Source: Actinomycetes bacterium
GTDB lineage: Bacteria; Actinomycetota; Actinomycetes; S36-B12; GCA-2699445
Assembly (NCBI GenBank): GCA_022600255.1
Contig: JAHZKU010000193.1
Coordinates: 1-37,750 of the forward strand
Length of the DNA stretch: 37,750 nucleotides
Direction of reading: 5' to 3'
Shown: piece by piece, positions 27,597-36,599 of the stretch
Numbering within the stretch: the first letter of the stretch is position 1
How the letters are laid out: every line of letters begins with the position of its first letter
The notes under the pieces: generated by a model
Database searches by the model: none
Seen by the model: only the letters and a program-made list of their open reading frames with translations
Told to the model about the DNA's origin: nothing
Program-made: the position numbers and the translations under genes

Positions 27597-29342
27597 GTGA
27601 ACCCCACCCGAACCGCATCGAGTGGCTCGGGAACCCTTCGGCGCGCCGGCAAGTACGTTCCCATCCTCACTTGGCTGCCTCGTTATCACCGGAACTACCT
27701 GAGCCGAGATGCACTGGCCGGGATTGCGGTGGCTTCGGTGGCGATACCCACAGCGCTGGGCTACGCGGGGATTGCCCGAGTGCCAGTGGAGGTGGGCCTG
27801 TACGCGCTGCCGGCCGCCTTGCTGCTCTACGCGATTTTCGGCTCGTCGCGACAGCTATCCGTTGGACCCTCCTCAACCGTGGCCATCATGTCTGGCTCGG
27901 TGCTGTTGGGGTTGGCCATTGGCGACGACGTAGGCAAAGCCATTGCGCTTTCGGCGGGGCTCGCCCTCTCGGCGGGCTTGTTTCTTGTGATTGCTGGCGC
28001 TCTCCGGCTGGGGTGGGCCACGGACTTCATGTCCAAGCCTGTGGTGACAGGTTTCTCATTCGGACTGGGCATCTCGGTGATCTTGAGTGAGGCGCCAAAC
28101 CTACTGGGCTTGCCGGCCGAGAGCGGCTTGGCGCCAAGTCGGATCATGTGGTTGTTGCAGGACATCGACTTGTGGAATCCGGCCACGCTGCTGGTCGGCG
28201 CGGTGGCGCTGGGAATTGTCTTTGTCGGGAATGCCTTTCTGCCTCGTTGGCCCTGGGCCCTGATCGTGTTGATTCTGGGAATCGCCACCGCCCCGTTGCT
28301 GGATCCGCAATCAAAGGGCATCGCAGTGATTGGCGCGGTGCCGCAAGGGCTCCCGGAGTTTTCGCTCCCGACCTTCACGGGGGCCGACTTTGCTTCCGTA
28401 GTCCTGGGCGGGGCCGCCATCGCGTTGGTGGGGGCTGGCGAGGGTCTTAGCGGGGCGAGGATCTTCGCGGCCCGTGGTGGGTACCGGGTTAACAGCAATC
28501 AAGAATTCGTAGGAATGGGGATGGCCAACATTGGGTCGAGTCTCTCCAGCGGGATGTCGGTGTGCGGCAGCGTCAGCAGAACGGGAACGGCCGCAGCCGC
28601 CGGTGCCAAGACCCAGATGTCCTCCCTGGTGGCCTTAGTTGCGGTCCTAATCGTTCTGGTCGCAGCCACTGAACTGTTGGAGAATCTTCCTAGAGTGGTG
28701 CTTTCCGCCGTGGTGATCCTGAGCGTTTGGTTCCTGCTAGATGTGCGGACGATGCTCCGGTTCCGCGGCGTTCGCCGCAACGACTTCACCGCAGCGTTAA
28801 CCGCATTGGTTGGCGTGCTGGTGGTCGGGCCGCTCTACGGTCTGCTGATAGCAGTCGCGGTGTCGCTGCTGGGTTTGGCGTATCGCTCCAGCCAAGTGCT
28901 GTTGGACCCCATCGGCCGCATCCCTGACGAAGCGGCCGGTTGGGGGGCCTTGGCGGATCATCCGGAACGCAAGGGTGTGCCGGGGCTGCTGATCCTGCGT
29001 CTCGGATCGCCGATCTACTGGGCCAACGCCGCCCGGACTCAAGAGATGATCTTGGAACAGGTCGATGCCCAACCAGATCTGAAGGCGTTGGTGCTGGATT
29101 TGGAGGCCACCGGTCAGCTTGATGTCACATCCGCCGACATGCTGGCAGAGCTCCTGGAAGGGCTGCAAGAACAAGGTATCGGGATGTACTTGGCTCGATT
29201 GCTGCCTTGGGCGCACGAGGTCCTAGTCAAGTCCGGCTTCATGGACGACTTAGGGGAGGACCGATCGTGGCACAGCATTACACAAACAGTCGCGGCCGCC
29301 TGCAGCCAACTCGACCTGCCCGACCCATTCGAGGACGATTGA
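27597..29342 (+). CDS. SulP family anion transporter with STAS domain (second paralogue)
   Basis: The SulP signature region is LPRYHRNYLSRDALAGIAVASVAIPTALGYAGIA...GSSRQLSVGPSST. The C-terminal STAS region is LILRLGSPIYWANA...LDLEATGQLDVTSADML. The GTG start at 27597 lies 6 nt after a TACAGT hexamer. Confidence 0.85.
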   Translation: MNPTRTASSGSGTLRRAGKYVPILTWLPRYHRNYLSRDALAGIAVASVAIPTALGYAGIARVPVEVGLYALPAALLLYAIFGSSRQLSVGPSSTVAIMSGSVLLGLAIGDDVGKAIALSAGLALSAGLFLVIAGALRLGWATDFMSKPVVTGFSFGLGISVILSEAPNLLGLPAESGLAPSRIMWLLQDIDLWNPATLLVGAVALGIVFVGNAFLPRWPWALIVLILGIATAPLLDPQSKGIAVIGAVPQGLPEFSLPTFTGADFASVVLGGAAIALVGAGEGLSGARIFAARGGYRVNSNQEFVGMGMANIGSSLSSGMSVCGSVSRTGTAAAAGAKTQMSSLVALVAVLIVLVAATELLENLPRVVLSAVVILSVWFLLDVRTMLRFRGVRRNDFTAALTALVGVLVVGPLYGLLIAVAVSLLGLAYRSSQVLLDPIGRIPDEAAGWGALADHPERKGVPGLLILRLGSPIYWANAARTQEMILEQVDAQPDLKALVLDLEATGQLDVTSADMLAELLEGLQEQGIGMYLARLLPWAHEVLVKSGFMDDLGEDRSWHSITQTVAAACSQLDLPDPFEDD

Positions 29343-29373
29343 GGCAGTCAGTTCCTGCTATCGATGCCGGCAC

Positions 29374-31194
29374 TCAGCCGCCAAGTTCGGGTTCGAACTC
29401 CGCATCCTCTAGTCGTTGCTTGACGGTGCCTAGGAACCGGGCGGCATCCGCGCCGTCCACGATGCGGTGATCGTAGGTTAGCGCGAGGTAGACCATCGAC
29501 CGCACTGCGATCACGCTGCCGCCGTCGGGTCCGGCCACGACCACCGGACGCTGCACCACGGCCCCGGTGCCAAGGATGGCGACTTGAGGCTGGTTGATGA
29601 TGGGTGTATCGAAGAGTGCTCCGCGACTCCCGGTGTTGGTCAGGGTGAAGGTGCCGCCGGAGAGCTCATCGGGTGTGACCCGATTGGTGCGAGTTCGATC
29701 GGCTAGGTCGGCAATTCGCTTCGCGAAACCGGTGACGTTCAGGTCGCCCGCATCTCGAATCACCGGCACCAGGAGGCCCCGTTCGGTATCTACGGCCATT
29801 CCGAGGTGCTCGGCATCGTGATAGGTGACCGTCCCCTGCTTGATATCGACCGAAGCGTTCAGGATCGGGTGCGTTTTCAGCGCGTCAACAACAGCGTTGG
29901 CGAAGAAGGGGAGGAAGGTCAGTTTCAGCCCTTCCCGAGTCTGGAAAGAATCTTTGACCCGGTCTCGTAACTGGGCAATGCGAGTGACATCAACTTCCAC
30001 CACGGTGGTCAACTGGGCGGAAACCTGTAGTGACTCGACCATCCGTTGCGCAATCACGCGCCTGAGTCGAGACATCTTTTCAGTGCGACCGCGCAGCTGG
30101 CCGGGCGCGCTCGGCGTCGGTTGAGTCGGCGCAGCCGCAGGCGGGGCCGCAGCCGGCTTGGCCTTGGCGGATTCCGCCGCAGCGGTGACATCCTGTCGTC
30201 GGATCCGGCCACCAACCCCAGTGCCCTTGACGGTGCTGAGGTCTACACCGTTCTCAGAAGCGAGCTTGCGTACTAGTGGTGTGACATAGGCGGGGCCGGC
30301 GTCAGCGGGTTGCGACTCAGCCGGTGGAGGCGAGCTTGGGACAGGTTCGGGTGCTGCTTTGGTAACTGGCGTCTCCGGTGCGGGCGGCGGTGCTGCTGGG
30401 CTTGGTTCTCGCGAGGTGGGCGCTGGGTTTGCCTCTGCGGATGCGGGTGGGCTTGGTTCCGCCGGGGCTGGCGCTGGCGGTGTCGAGTCTGCGGGCGGGC
30501 TTGTCTGAGCCGCCCCGGTTCCAATACGCGCCAGTTCCCCGCCCACTTCTACGATGTCGTCCTCGTTGGCACTGATGTGCAACAACGTCCCGGCGATCGG
30601 CGCGGGGATCTCGGTATCCACCTTGTCGGTCGAGATCTCCAACAGCGGTTCATCTGCGGCGACCTCGTCACCGACCGCCTTCAGCCAACGGGTGACTGTG
30701 CCCTCTGTGACGCTTTCGCCCAGCTCAGGCAAGAGGACCGCAGTTCCCGTCGCGGCACCAGTTGCGGCTCCTTGCGGACCTGGGGTCGCTGGCGGCATTG
30801 GGCTGGCTGCGGCAGCAGCGGTTGTGGGCGCAGCTGCAGTTGGGGCCGTTGGCGCAGGCTGGCTCGGTTCCCGGGCAGGGTCTTCGGGAGCGGGGGCCGC
30901 CGCCGCGGCAGGGGGTGCCGGTGCTTCAGGCTCCGCGCTTGCCGGGGTTGCTGCCTGTGCGTCTCCGATCTCGGCCAGCACACCACCAACTTCAACGATG
31001 TCGTCCTCGGCTGCTGCAATCGAGAGCAGGGTGCCGCTGGCGGGTGCCGGAATCTCGGTGTCAACCTTGTCTGTTGATACCTCCAGCAGCGGCTCGTCCG
31101 CCTCTACGTGATCGCCAATCTCCTTGAGCCAACGAGTCACCGTGCCTTCCGTGACGCTTTCGCCCAACTGCGGCAGGGTTACTGAGACCGGCAC
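29374..31194 (-). CDS. sucB: Dihydrolipoamide acyl(succinyl)transferase E2 with two lipoyl domains
   Basis: There are two lipoyl domains ([15 protein letters not shown]...[12 protein letters not shown]) and Pro/Ala linkers. A peripheral subunit-binding domain ([33 protein letters not shown]) and a catalytic domain with DHRIVDGA are also present. I place the start at the GTG at 31194, which has GGAGGGG 6 nt upstream. Confidence 0.9.
   Translation of the reverse strand: MPVSVTLPQLGESVTEGTVTRWLKEIGDHVEADEPLLEVSTDKVDTEIPAPASGTLLSIAAAEDDIVEVGGVLAEIGDAQAATPASAEPEAPAPPAAAAAPAPEDPAREPSQPAPTAPTAAAPTTAAAAASPMPPATPGPQGAATGAATGTAVLLPELGESVTEGTVTRWLKAVGDEVAADEPLLEISTDKVDTEIPAPIAGTLLHISANEDDIVEVGGELARIGTGAAQTSPPADSTPPAPAPAEPSPPASAEANPAPTSREPSPAAPPPAPETPVTKAAPEPVPSSPPPAESQPADAGPAYVTPLVRKLASENGVDLSTVKGTGVGGRIRRQDVTAAAESAKAKPAAAPPAAAPTQPTPSAPGQLRGRTEKMSRLRRVIAQRMVESLQVSAQLTTVVEVDVTRIAQLRDRVKDSFQTREGLKLTFLPFFANAVVDALKTHPILNASVDIKQGTVTYHDAEHLGMAVDTERGLLVPVIRDAGDLNVTGFAKRIADLADRTRTNRVTPDELSGGTFTLTNTGSRGALFDTPIINQPQVAILGTGAVVQRPVVVAGPDGGSVIAVRSMVYLALTYDHRIVDGADAARFLGTVKQRLEDAEFEPELGG
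30517..31179 (-). repeat. Intragenic tandem duplication (two lipoyl-domain modules of sucB)
   Basis: Segments at about 30961-31179 and about 30517-30733 encode near-identical lipoyl domains. Long stretches are shared at the DNA level, for example the reverse complement of GGCGAAAGCGTCAC.GA.GGCACAGT.ACCCGTTGGCT. Confidence 0.8.
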
Positions 31195-31443
31195 TGCGAT
31201 CCCCTCCATTCTGTTAGCAAGTAGTCCGGGAAGGACCACTTGAGCCCGGGTTGCGACGGGCTACCGTCGTGGCGACGTGATCGACTCCGCTGAACCCGCC
31301 CCCACGCGTGCGTCTCCAAGTAGAGTCGTTCGCGATGGACTACCTGAGTACATCCTTGCGCGATGTGCCCCGTTCTGTCAGTTATCTGGGCTGTGTTCAT
31401 TCCCGTGTTGGGTCGGCCCTGTTGGCTCTTACGCCAGGCGAAA

Positions 31444-32832
31444 TCAAGCATGGGCATGCAGCGGCTTTCCAGCCAGGGCCAAGTGGGCTTCCCCCATGGC
31501 CTCGTTCTGGGTGGGATGGGCATGGATCAGCTTGGCGACATCGATGGGTGTTGCCTCCCAGTTGTAGATCAACTGAGCCTCGCCAATCTGTTCGCCCACT
31601 CGGTCGCCGACAAGGTGTAGGCCAACGACAGGACCATCGTGAACCTGAACCAGTTTCACAAAGCCGGTGGTTCCCAGGATCTGGCTCTTGCCGTTGCCAC
31701 CGAGGTTGTATTCGTAGGCCGTGATGTTGTCGGCGCCGAATTTCTCCTTGGCCTCGGCCTCGGTATAGCCCACAGATGCGACCTCTGGGTGACTGTAAGT
31801 CACTCGGGGAATCCCGATCTCGTCGATTGTGTCCGGTGCTTGGCCGGCGATCTCTTCAGCCACAAAAATGCCCTGTGCGAACCCACGGTGCGCCAGCTGC
31901 AACCCGGGAACCACGTCGCCGACCGCGTAGGTGTTGGGAACGCTCGTTTGGAGGCGGTCGTTCACAATAACCCAGCCCCGATCGACCGTGACACCCGCTT
32001 CTTCAAAACCCATGTCTGTGCTATTCGGCCCTCGGCCAATGGCCACCAGCAAGATGTCCGCTTGGAGTTCGGTGCCATCTTCCAATGCGACCGTGACACC
32101 GGACTTGTCTTGGACAGCCGAGGCGAAGCGCACACCGAGCTTGGACTTGATTTTGCGCTTGCGAAAGGCTCGCTCCATGGCCTTACTGGCCGCGGCATCT
32201 TCATTCGGGACTAGCCGTGGCAACGCTTCCACGATCGTCACATCAACGCCGAAGGAGCGCCAGACGCTGGCGAACTCCACACCGATGACGCCCCCGCCGA
32301 GGATGATGGCACTCTTGGGAATCCAGTCCATCTCAAGTGCCTGATCACTGGTCATGATGCGACCTGCGATTTCCAAGCCGGGCAGTGTCCGGGGGTAGGA
32401 ACCGGTTGCCAGAACCAAGTTGCGCCCCTGCACGATTTGGTCTCCCACGGTGACCGTCTGGGGTCCAGTGACGCGCCCGTCGCCGGTGATGTAGGTGATA
32501 TCGCGACTCTTGACCAACCCTTGGAGGCCCTTGTAGAGGCGTTTGACCACCGAGTCCTTGTACTTGTTCACGTCAGCGATCTCGATGCCCTGGAACTTCG
32601 TCTTGACGCCTACCTGTGCCGAGTCTCGGGCTAGGTCGGCAACCTCGGCGGAGTGAAGTAGGGCCTTGGTCGGAATGCACCCGTTGTGCAGGCAGGTGCC
32701 GCCCAGCTTTCCCTTCTCGATCAGGGCCACCGACAACCCCAACTGAGAAGCGCGCAGGGCACACGCGTAGCCGCCACTACCGCCACCCAGGATCACGACA
32801 TCGAACACTGCTGGAGTTGATGATTCAGCCAC
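31444..32832 (-). CDS. lpdA: Dihydrolipoyl dehydrogenase (E3)
   Basis: The FAD motif VVILGGGSGGY and the redox-active disulfide GGTCLHNGCIPTK are present, along with a C-terminal interface domain with HAHPT. The start is a GTG at 32832. Confidence 0.95.
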   Translation of the reverse strand: MAESSTPAVFDVVILGGGSGGYACALRASQLGLSVALIEKGKLGGTCLHNGCIPTKALLHSAEVADLARDSAQVGVKTKFQGIEIADVNKYKDSVVKRLYKGLQGLVKSRDITYITGDGRVTGPQTVTVGDQIVQGRNLVLATGSYPRTLPGLEIAGRIMTSDQALEMDWIPKSAIILGGGVIGVEFASVWRSFGVDVTIVEALPRLVPNEDAAASKAMERAFRKRKIKSKLGVRFASAVQDKSGVTVALEDGTELQADILLVAIGRGPNSTDMGFEEAGVTVDRGWVIVNDRLQTSVPNTYAVGDVVPGLQLAHRGFAQGIFVAEEIAGQAPDTIDEIGIPRVTYSHPEVASVGYTEAEAKEKFGADNITAYEYNLGGNGKSQILGTTGFVKLVQVHDGPVVGLHLVGDRVGEQIGEAQLIYNWEATPIDVAKLIHAHPTQNEAMGEAHLALAGKPLHAHA

Positions 32833-32906
32833 ATGCCTATCTTTGCATCATCTGTCCACTGGTCAACGGTGACATCACCGAAAGATCCTTCGGCGGGGTC
32901 AAGTCT

Positions 32907-32942
32907 CGGCCGGTCGGCTGGCAGACCGAGCGACCGTGGCCG
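32907..32942 (-). terminator. Terminator-like GC hairpin after pepA (no U-tract)
   Basis: On the minus strand, CGGCC-AC-GGTCG pairs with CGACCGGCCG. This gives 10 bp with a 2-nt bulge and a 14-nt loop, beginning 9 nt after the pepA TAA. A second small hairpin, CCGAA-n6-TTCGG, lies at 32878-32893. Confidence 0.3.
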
Positions 32943-32951
32943 ATGGCTGGG

Positions 32952-34466
32952 TTAAGGCCGGCCGGCCCGCGTGGCCAAGAACTGGGTGAGAGTCGCTACG
33001 GCGAAGCCGGTGCCACCCTTCGGGGTGTATCCGTGCGCGGGCCCAGCGTTGAAGGCCGGCCCGGCAATGTCCAGGTGCGCCCACGGGATGTCCTGCGGCA
33101 CGAACTCGGACAGGAAGATTCCGGCGGAAAGCATGCCACCGTTGCGATCTCCGATATTGGCTAGATCAGCCACCGGCGAGTCTAGGGATGGTCGCAGTTC
33201 GGGGGGAAGCGGCATGGGCCACGCTTGCTCTCCTGCTGCTTCTGCCGCCGCCACCAGTTCCCCGCGCAAAGCGTTGTTGTTGGCCATCACGCCACACACG
33301 CGGGTTCCTAACGCCACCATCTGGGCACCCGTAAGCGTAGCCACGTCGATGATGGCATCGGGATTGTCCTCACCGGCCCGCACAATCGCATCGGCTAGTA
33401 CGAGGCGGCCTTCGGCGTCAGTATTCAGTACTTCGACGGTCTTGCCACCACGAATGGTGATCACGTCGCCAGGCCGCTGGGCGCTCCCACTGGGCATGTT
33501 CTCAGCGGCGGCTAGCCAACCTGTGACTTTGATGGGCAGACCTAGTTCGGCAACAGCCTGCAAGGTTGCCAGGACGGCAGCCGACCCTCCCATATCGGAC
33601 TTCATCGTCTCCATCGACTTAGCCGGCTTGATCGAAAGCCCACCCGAATCAAACGTGATGCCCTTCCCGACGAGGGCAATGTGCGGCAACGCACTCGCAT
33701 CATCATCGGAGCCGGGCCTCTTGGCATCGGGCCGGTACTGAAGCTGAATCAAGCGTGGCCCCCGTTCGGAGCCTTGGCCAACACCGATCAGCCCGCCATA
33801 GCCCTCAGCGCGGAGTTCCTCCGGACCCAAACTGGACACTGTTACGGCGGTATCCGCCAACAGGGACTCTGCTTGTTCGGCGAGTGCCTGCGGATAGAGC
33901 AAATTGGGTGGAAGGTTCACGAGGTCTCGCGCGTGGGACACACTGCGGGCCAGCGCCTCGGCCTCGGCAGTGAGAGCCACTTGTTCCGCAGTCGGCTCCG
34001 CCCCGATTAGCACCGCCACCTCAGTGGGTCCGGGTTCTCGACGGTCTGCGTCATCCCGGCTGGGTCGCGGAGACCGATAACTGCCTAACAAGCTGCCTGT
34101 TGCCACCGCTTGCAGCGATTCCCGAGAAAAGTCCGGCGGGCAGACGGCCACCTGAGTTGTCCGACTCAGGGTCATCAGTGCGGCCCCGATCGCCCGGCGT
34201 ACCTGCTCTGGTTCTTCGCGATTCGTCAGCGGCGCCAGCAGGACTACATCACACGCCCAAGTGGGGGGTGCCGGAATCCGCGTCGGCGCAGTGATGGCGC
34301 CTTGCCCAGCCAGCGCGGCGATGGCTGCGACCAGTTCCGCTTCGGCCGAGGCCGCCACCAGACCCTCCGCAATTAGCGGGAAATGCGGATCTGACTGCGC
34401 AACAAGAACCGTAACGACCCCGTCCGCGTTGCTGGCGGTCGTTTTGGTAAGGGCGAGTGATGTCAA
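32952..34466 (-). CDS. pepA: Leucyl aminopeptidase (M17 family)
   Basis: The M17 signature VLNTDAEGRLVLADA and the metal-binding region LVGKGITFDSGGLSIKP are present. I place the start at the TTG at 34466, which has AGGAGG 5 nt upstream. The ORF-track ATG at 34568 adds 34 aa and runs into the gcvT promoter region. Confidence 0.9.
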   Translation of the reverse strand: MTSLALTKTTASNADGVVTVLVAQSDPHFPLIAEGLVAASAEAELVAAIAALAGQGAITAPTRIPAPPTWACDVVLLAPLTNREEPEQVRRAIGAALMTLSRTTQVAVCPPDFSRESLQAVATGSLLGSYRSPRPSRDDADRREPGPTEVAVLIGAEPTAEQVALTAEAEALARSVSHARDLVNLPPNLLYPQALAEQAESLLADTAVTVSSLGPEELRAEGYGGLIGVGQGSERGPRLIQLQYRPDAKRPGSDDDASALPHIALVGKGITFDSGGLSIKPAKSMETMKSDMGGSAAVLATLQAVAELGLPIKVTGWLAAAENMPSGSAQRPGDVITIRGGKTVEVLNTDAEGRLVLADAIVRAGEDNPDAIIDVATLTGAQMVALGTRVCGVMANNNALRGELVAAAEAAGEQAWPMPLPPELRPSLDSPVADLANIGDRNGGMLSAGIFLSEFVPQDIPWAHLDIAGPAFNAGPAHGYTPKGGTGFAVATLTQFLATRAGRP

Positions 34467-34577
34467 GGGAGCCTCCTGCCAACAGGTTAGCGGCAGCGCA
34501 GAGTCTGACCTCGTCTCGATCAGATGTTGGGTCCGGCGGGTCGGGCCTGTCCGAAGCATTCTTGGCACGCTCGCTGG

Positions 34578-34604
34578 CTGACCAGCTGGTCAGATACGGT
34601 CAGA
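34578..34604. promoter_or_regulatory. Candidate operator: perfect 16-bp palindrome plus an extra half-site directly upstream of gcvT
   Basis: CTGACCAGCTGGTCAG (34578-34593) is a perfect palindrome. GGTCAGA recurs at 34598-34604, 10 bp after the copy at 34588-34594. The inverted half-site TCTGACC occurs at 34504-34510. A TACGGT hexamer (34595-34600) lies 7 nt before the ATG. Confidence 0.4.
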
Positions 34605-34607
34605 CGT

Positions 34608-35681
34608 ATGGCCCCACAATCCGCGCAGACTCCTCTGCACGCCTGGCATGTCGAACACAACGCGAAGTTGGGAGACTTCGCCGGCTGGGAGATGCCGCTG
34701 CAGTACAAGGCGGGTGTGCTGCACGAGCATCAAGCCGTGCGTACGTCTTGTGGCGTCTTCGATGTTTCACACATGGGGACCTTCCAGGTGATTGGGTCTG
34801 CGGCGATCGAGCAGTTGAATCGGGTCCTGACCAAGGATCTCACCGCCCTCCGCGTCGGTCAGATTCAGTACACGCTGCTTTGCAACGAGGCCGGTGGGGT
34901 GGTGGACGACCTACTCGTTACCCGGGTGGCGGGCCAGGAGTTGATTCTGGTGCCAAATGCGGGGAACACCGCGCAGGTCTGGTCGGTGCTGCAAGCTGCG
35001 CTCACTCCAACAGCTGGGGCCTTGCTAGACATTGGAGCTGATACCGCCATCCTGGCTGTCCAGGGCCCTAAGTCACCTGAGGTGCTTCGTCGGGCTGGGT
35101 TCGACCCCCAACTCGCCTACATGTCGGCGCGACGGGTGGGGGAGATCTTGGTCGCGCGCAGTGGCTACACAGGTGAGGTCGGCTACGAACTCCTCGTTCC
35201 TGCGCAAGATGCCCTCGAGGTATGGCTTTCAGTGATTGCGGCGGGCGCAGAACCATGCGGCCTAGCGGCGCGCGATACTTTGCGCACGGAGATGGGCTAC
35301 CCACTCCATGGGCAGGACATTACTCCAGACGTTACGCCCGTCATGGCAGGTCTGAGCTGGGCCGTGAGTTGGGACAAAGATGAGTTTGCGGGCAAGTCGG
35401 CGCTAAGCCAGCAACGCGCTCAGGGACCAGACCGCCGACTCCGCGGCGTGCTGCTGACACAGAAGGGTGTCCCTCGTCCGGGGATGGCGATCCAGGTCGA
35501 TGGCATTGACGTTGGCCGCGTCACAAGCGGCACCTTTTCTCCGACACTTGGTGTCGGGATCGCCTTGGCTTTGGTTGATCCGGTCCTAGAGCTAGGAGCG
35601 CAGGTTCAGGTGCAGATCCGGGGCCGGGGAGTTGCGGCTGAAATTGTGGCTCCGCCTTTTGTGACTGCAAGCCCTCGCTAG
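34608..35681 (+). CDS. gcvT: Glycine cleavage system aminomethyltransferase (T protein)
   Basis: I trimmed the start to the ATG at 34608. The sequence MAPQSAQTPLHAWHVEHNAKLGDFAGWEMPLQYKAGVLHEHQAVRTSCGVFDVSHMG is collinear with GcvT N-termini. Length is 357 aa. Confidence 0.9.
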   Translation: MAPQSAQTPLHAWHVEHNAKLGDFAGWEMPLQYKAGVLHEHQAVRTSCGVFDVSHMGTFQVIGSAAIEQLNRVLTKDLTALRVGQIQYTLLCNEAGGVVDDLLVTRVAGQELILVPNAGNTAQVWSVLQAALTPTAGALLDIGADTAILAVQGPKSPEVLRRAGFDPQLAYMSARRVGEILVARSGYTGEVGYELLVPAQDALEVWLSVIAAGAEPCGLAARDTLRTEMGYPLHGQDITPDVTPVMAGLSWAVSWDKDEFAGKSALSQQRAQGPDRRLRGVLLTQKGVPRPGMAIQVDGIDVGRVTSGTFSPTLGVGIALALVDPVLELGAQVQVQIRGRGVAAEIVAPPFVTASPR

Positions 35682-35704
35682 GTCGCGCGCATTCGAAGTG
35701 TTAA

Positions 35705-36439
35705 TCAGACCGATCCGCCAAATGCGCCTGTTGAGATTGCCCGTGCCGCCTGCTGGAGTTGGGAAAGGTGCGTTAAAGCTTGTTCGGTGCCGAGTCGTTC
35801 CCGAGGTCCCGACAGGCTGAGGGCAGCGACCACCTCGGCGGCTGGACCCATGACCGGTACCGACAACGACGCCACACCTGGTTCGCGTTCGGCAACACTT
35901 TGGGCCCACCCCAGTTCTCGGACGCGGTTTAGAGTGGCCTGGTCGAATACCGCATCGGGCAGTTGCTGGGAGGTCGGTCCGAAGGCAGCGAGCACCTGCG
36001 CCGCTGATCCGGCCGTCATGGGCAGTGCCGCCCCAAGCGGCACGGTGTCTCGCAGCCCGCTGGTTCGATCAGCTACCGCGATACAAATGCGCTGTTGCCC
36101 CATGCGCCGAAATAGTTGTGCGCTTTCCACTGTGGCATCCCGCAACCGGTCCAAGGCCGGTTGGCCGAAAGTGCGCAGTTGATCGGTAGCCGCTAGCTCG
36201 GCCACACGCCCCCCGATCTGAAAGCGCCCGACCTCATTGCGGGAGACCAGGCGGTGGGATTCCAACGCCACTAAGAGTCGATGCGCCGTTGGCCGGGGAA
36301 TCTGGGTATCCGCCGCCAGATCCGCTAGTGACATCGGGCCGGGCTCAAGTGCGCTAAGGAGCAGTACTGACTTATCCAGAACGCCAACGCCGGTGGCTTG
36401 GCTGGCGCCGCTGTGGCTGCTAGAGTCGGAGGTGTCCAT
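35705..36439 (-). CDS. IclR family transcriptional regulator divergent from leuC (LtbR/NdgR-like position)
   Basis: The N-terminal wHTH is LDKSVLLLSALEPGPMSLADLAADTQIPRPTAHRLLVALESHRLV, followed by a C-terminal IclR effector domain. I trimmed the start to the ATG at 36439. Confidence 0.85.
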   Translation of the reverse strand: MDTSDSSSHSGASQATGVGVLDKSVLLLSALEPGPMSLADLAADTQIPRPTAHRLLVALESHRLVSRNEVGRFQIGGRVAELAATDQLRTFGQPALDRLRDATVESAQLFRRMGQQRICIAVADRTSGLRDTVPLGAALPMTAGSAAQVLAAFGPTSQQLPDAVFDQATLNRVRELGWAQSVAEREPGVASLSVPVMGPAAEVVAALSLSGPRERLGTEQALTHLSQLQQAARAISTGAFGGSV

Positions 36440-36451
36440 AAAGTGAACATA

Positions 36452-36487
36452 CCATCTCACTATATGAGACAACATTACATGAGATGG
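36452..36487. promoter_or_regulatory. Inverted repeat in the IclR-regulator/leuC divergent promoter region (candidate operator)
   Basis: CCATCTCA (36452-36459), then n20, then TGAGATGG (36480-36487), a perfect 8-bp inverted repeat in the most AT-rich patch of the window. It abuts a TATGTT hexamer (reverse complement of 36446-36451) that lies 6 nt upstream of the regulator's ATG. Confidence 0.4.
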
Positions 36488-36599
36488 AGTTGGCTCGGAG
36501 TCAGCTATTCAGGCAGCTTGGAGACGGCCCTGACCGCAGGGTGCGGCGAAGCGGATGGAACGTAGGCCGACCGGCCGCAGGATTGGAGTCAGGAGCGAG

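Noticed and set aside
29386-29400. A tRNA T-loop-like string, GGTTCGAACTCC.
   Set aside because: It lies inside the 3' end of sucB (coding EFEPELGG). No acceptor, D or anticodon arms can be drawn around it. I found no other tRNA-like cloverleaf in any spacer.
30310-31077. A 255-aa plus-strand ORF, along with ORFs 30554..31111 and 30762..31127.
   Set aside because: These are antisense to sucB. Their Arg/Gly/Trp/Cys-rich, low-complexity translations are the mirror image of the Pro/Ala linkers and lipoyl domains. The minus frame carries unmistakable E2 motifs.
34467-34607. A glycine riboswitch, which might be expected upstream of gcvT.
   Set aside because: I could not find the conserved glycine-riboswitch core elements (GGAGAG...CACCG...CTCAGGCAA-type). 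The spacer is only 141 bp and is dominated by the palindrome array. A covariance-model scan is needed to be certain.
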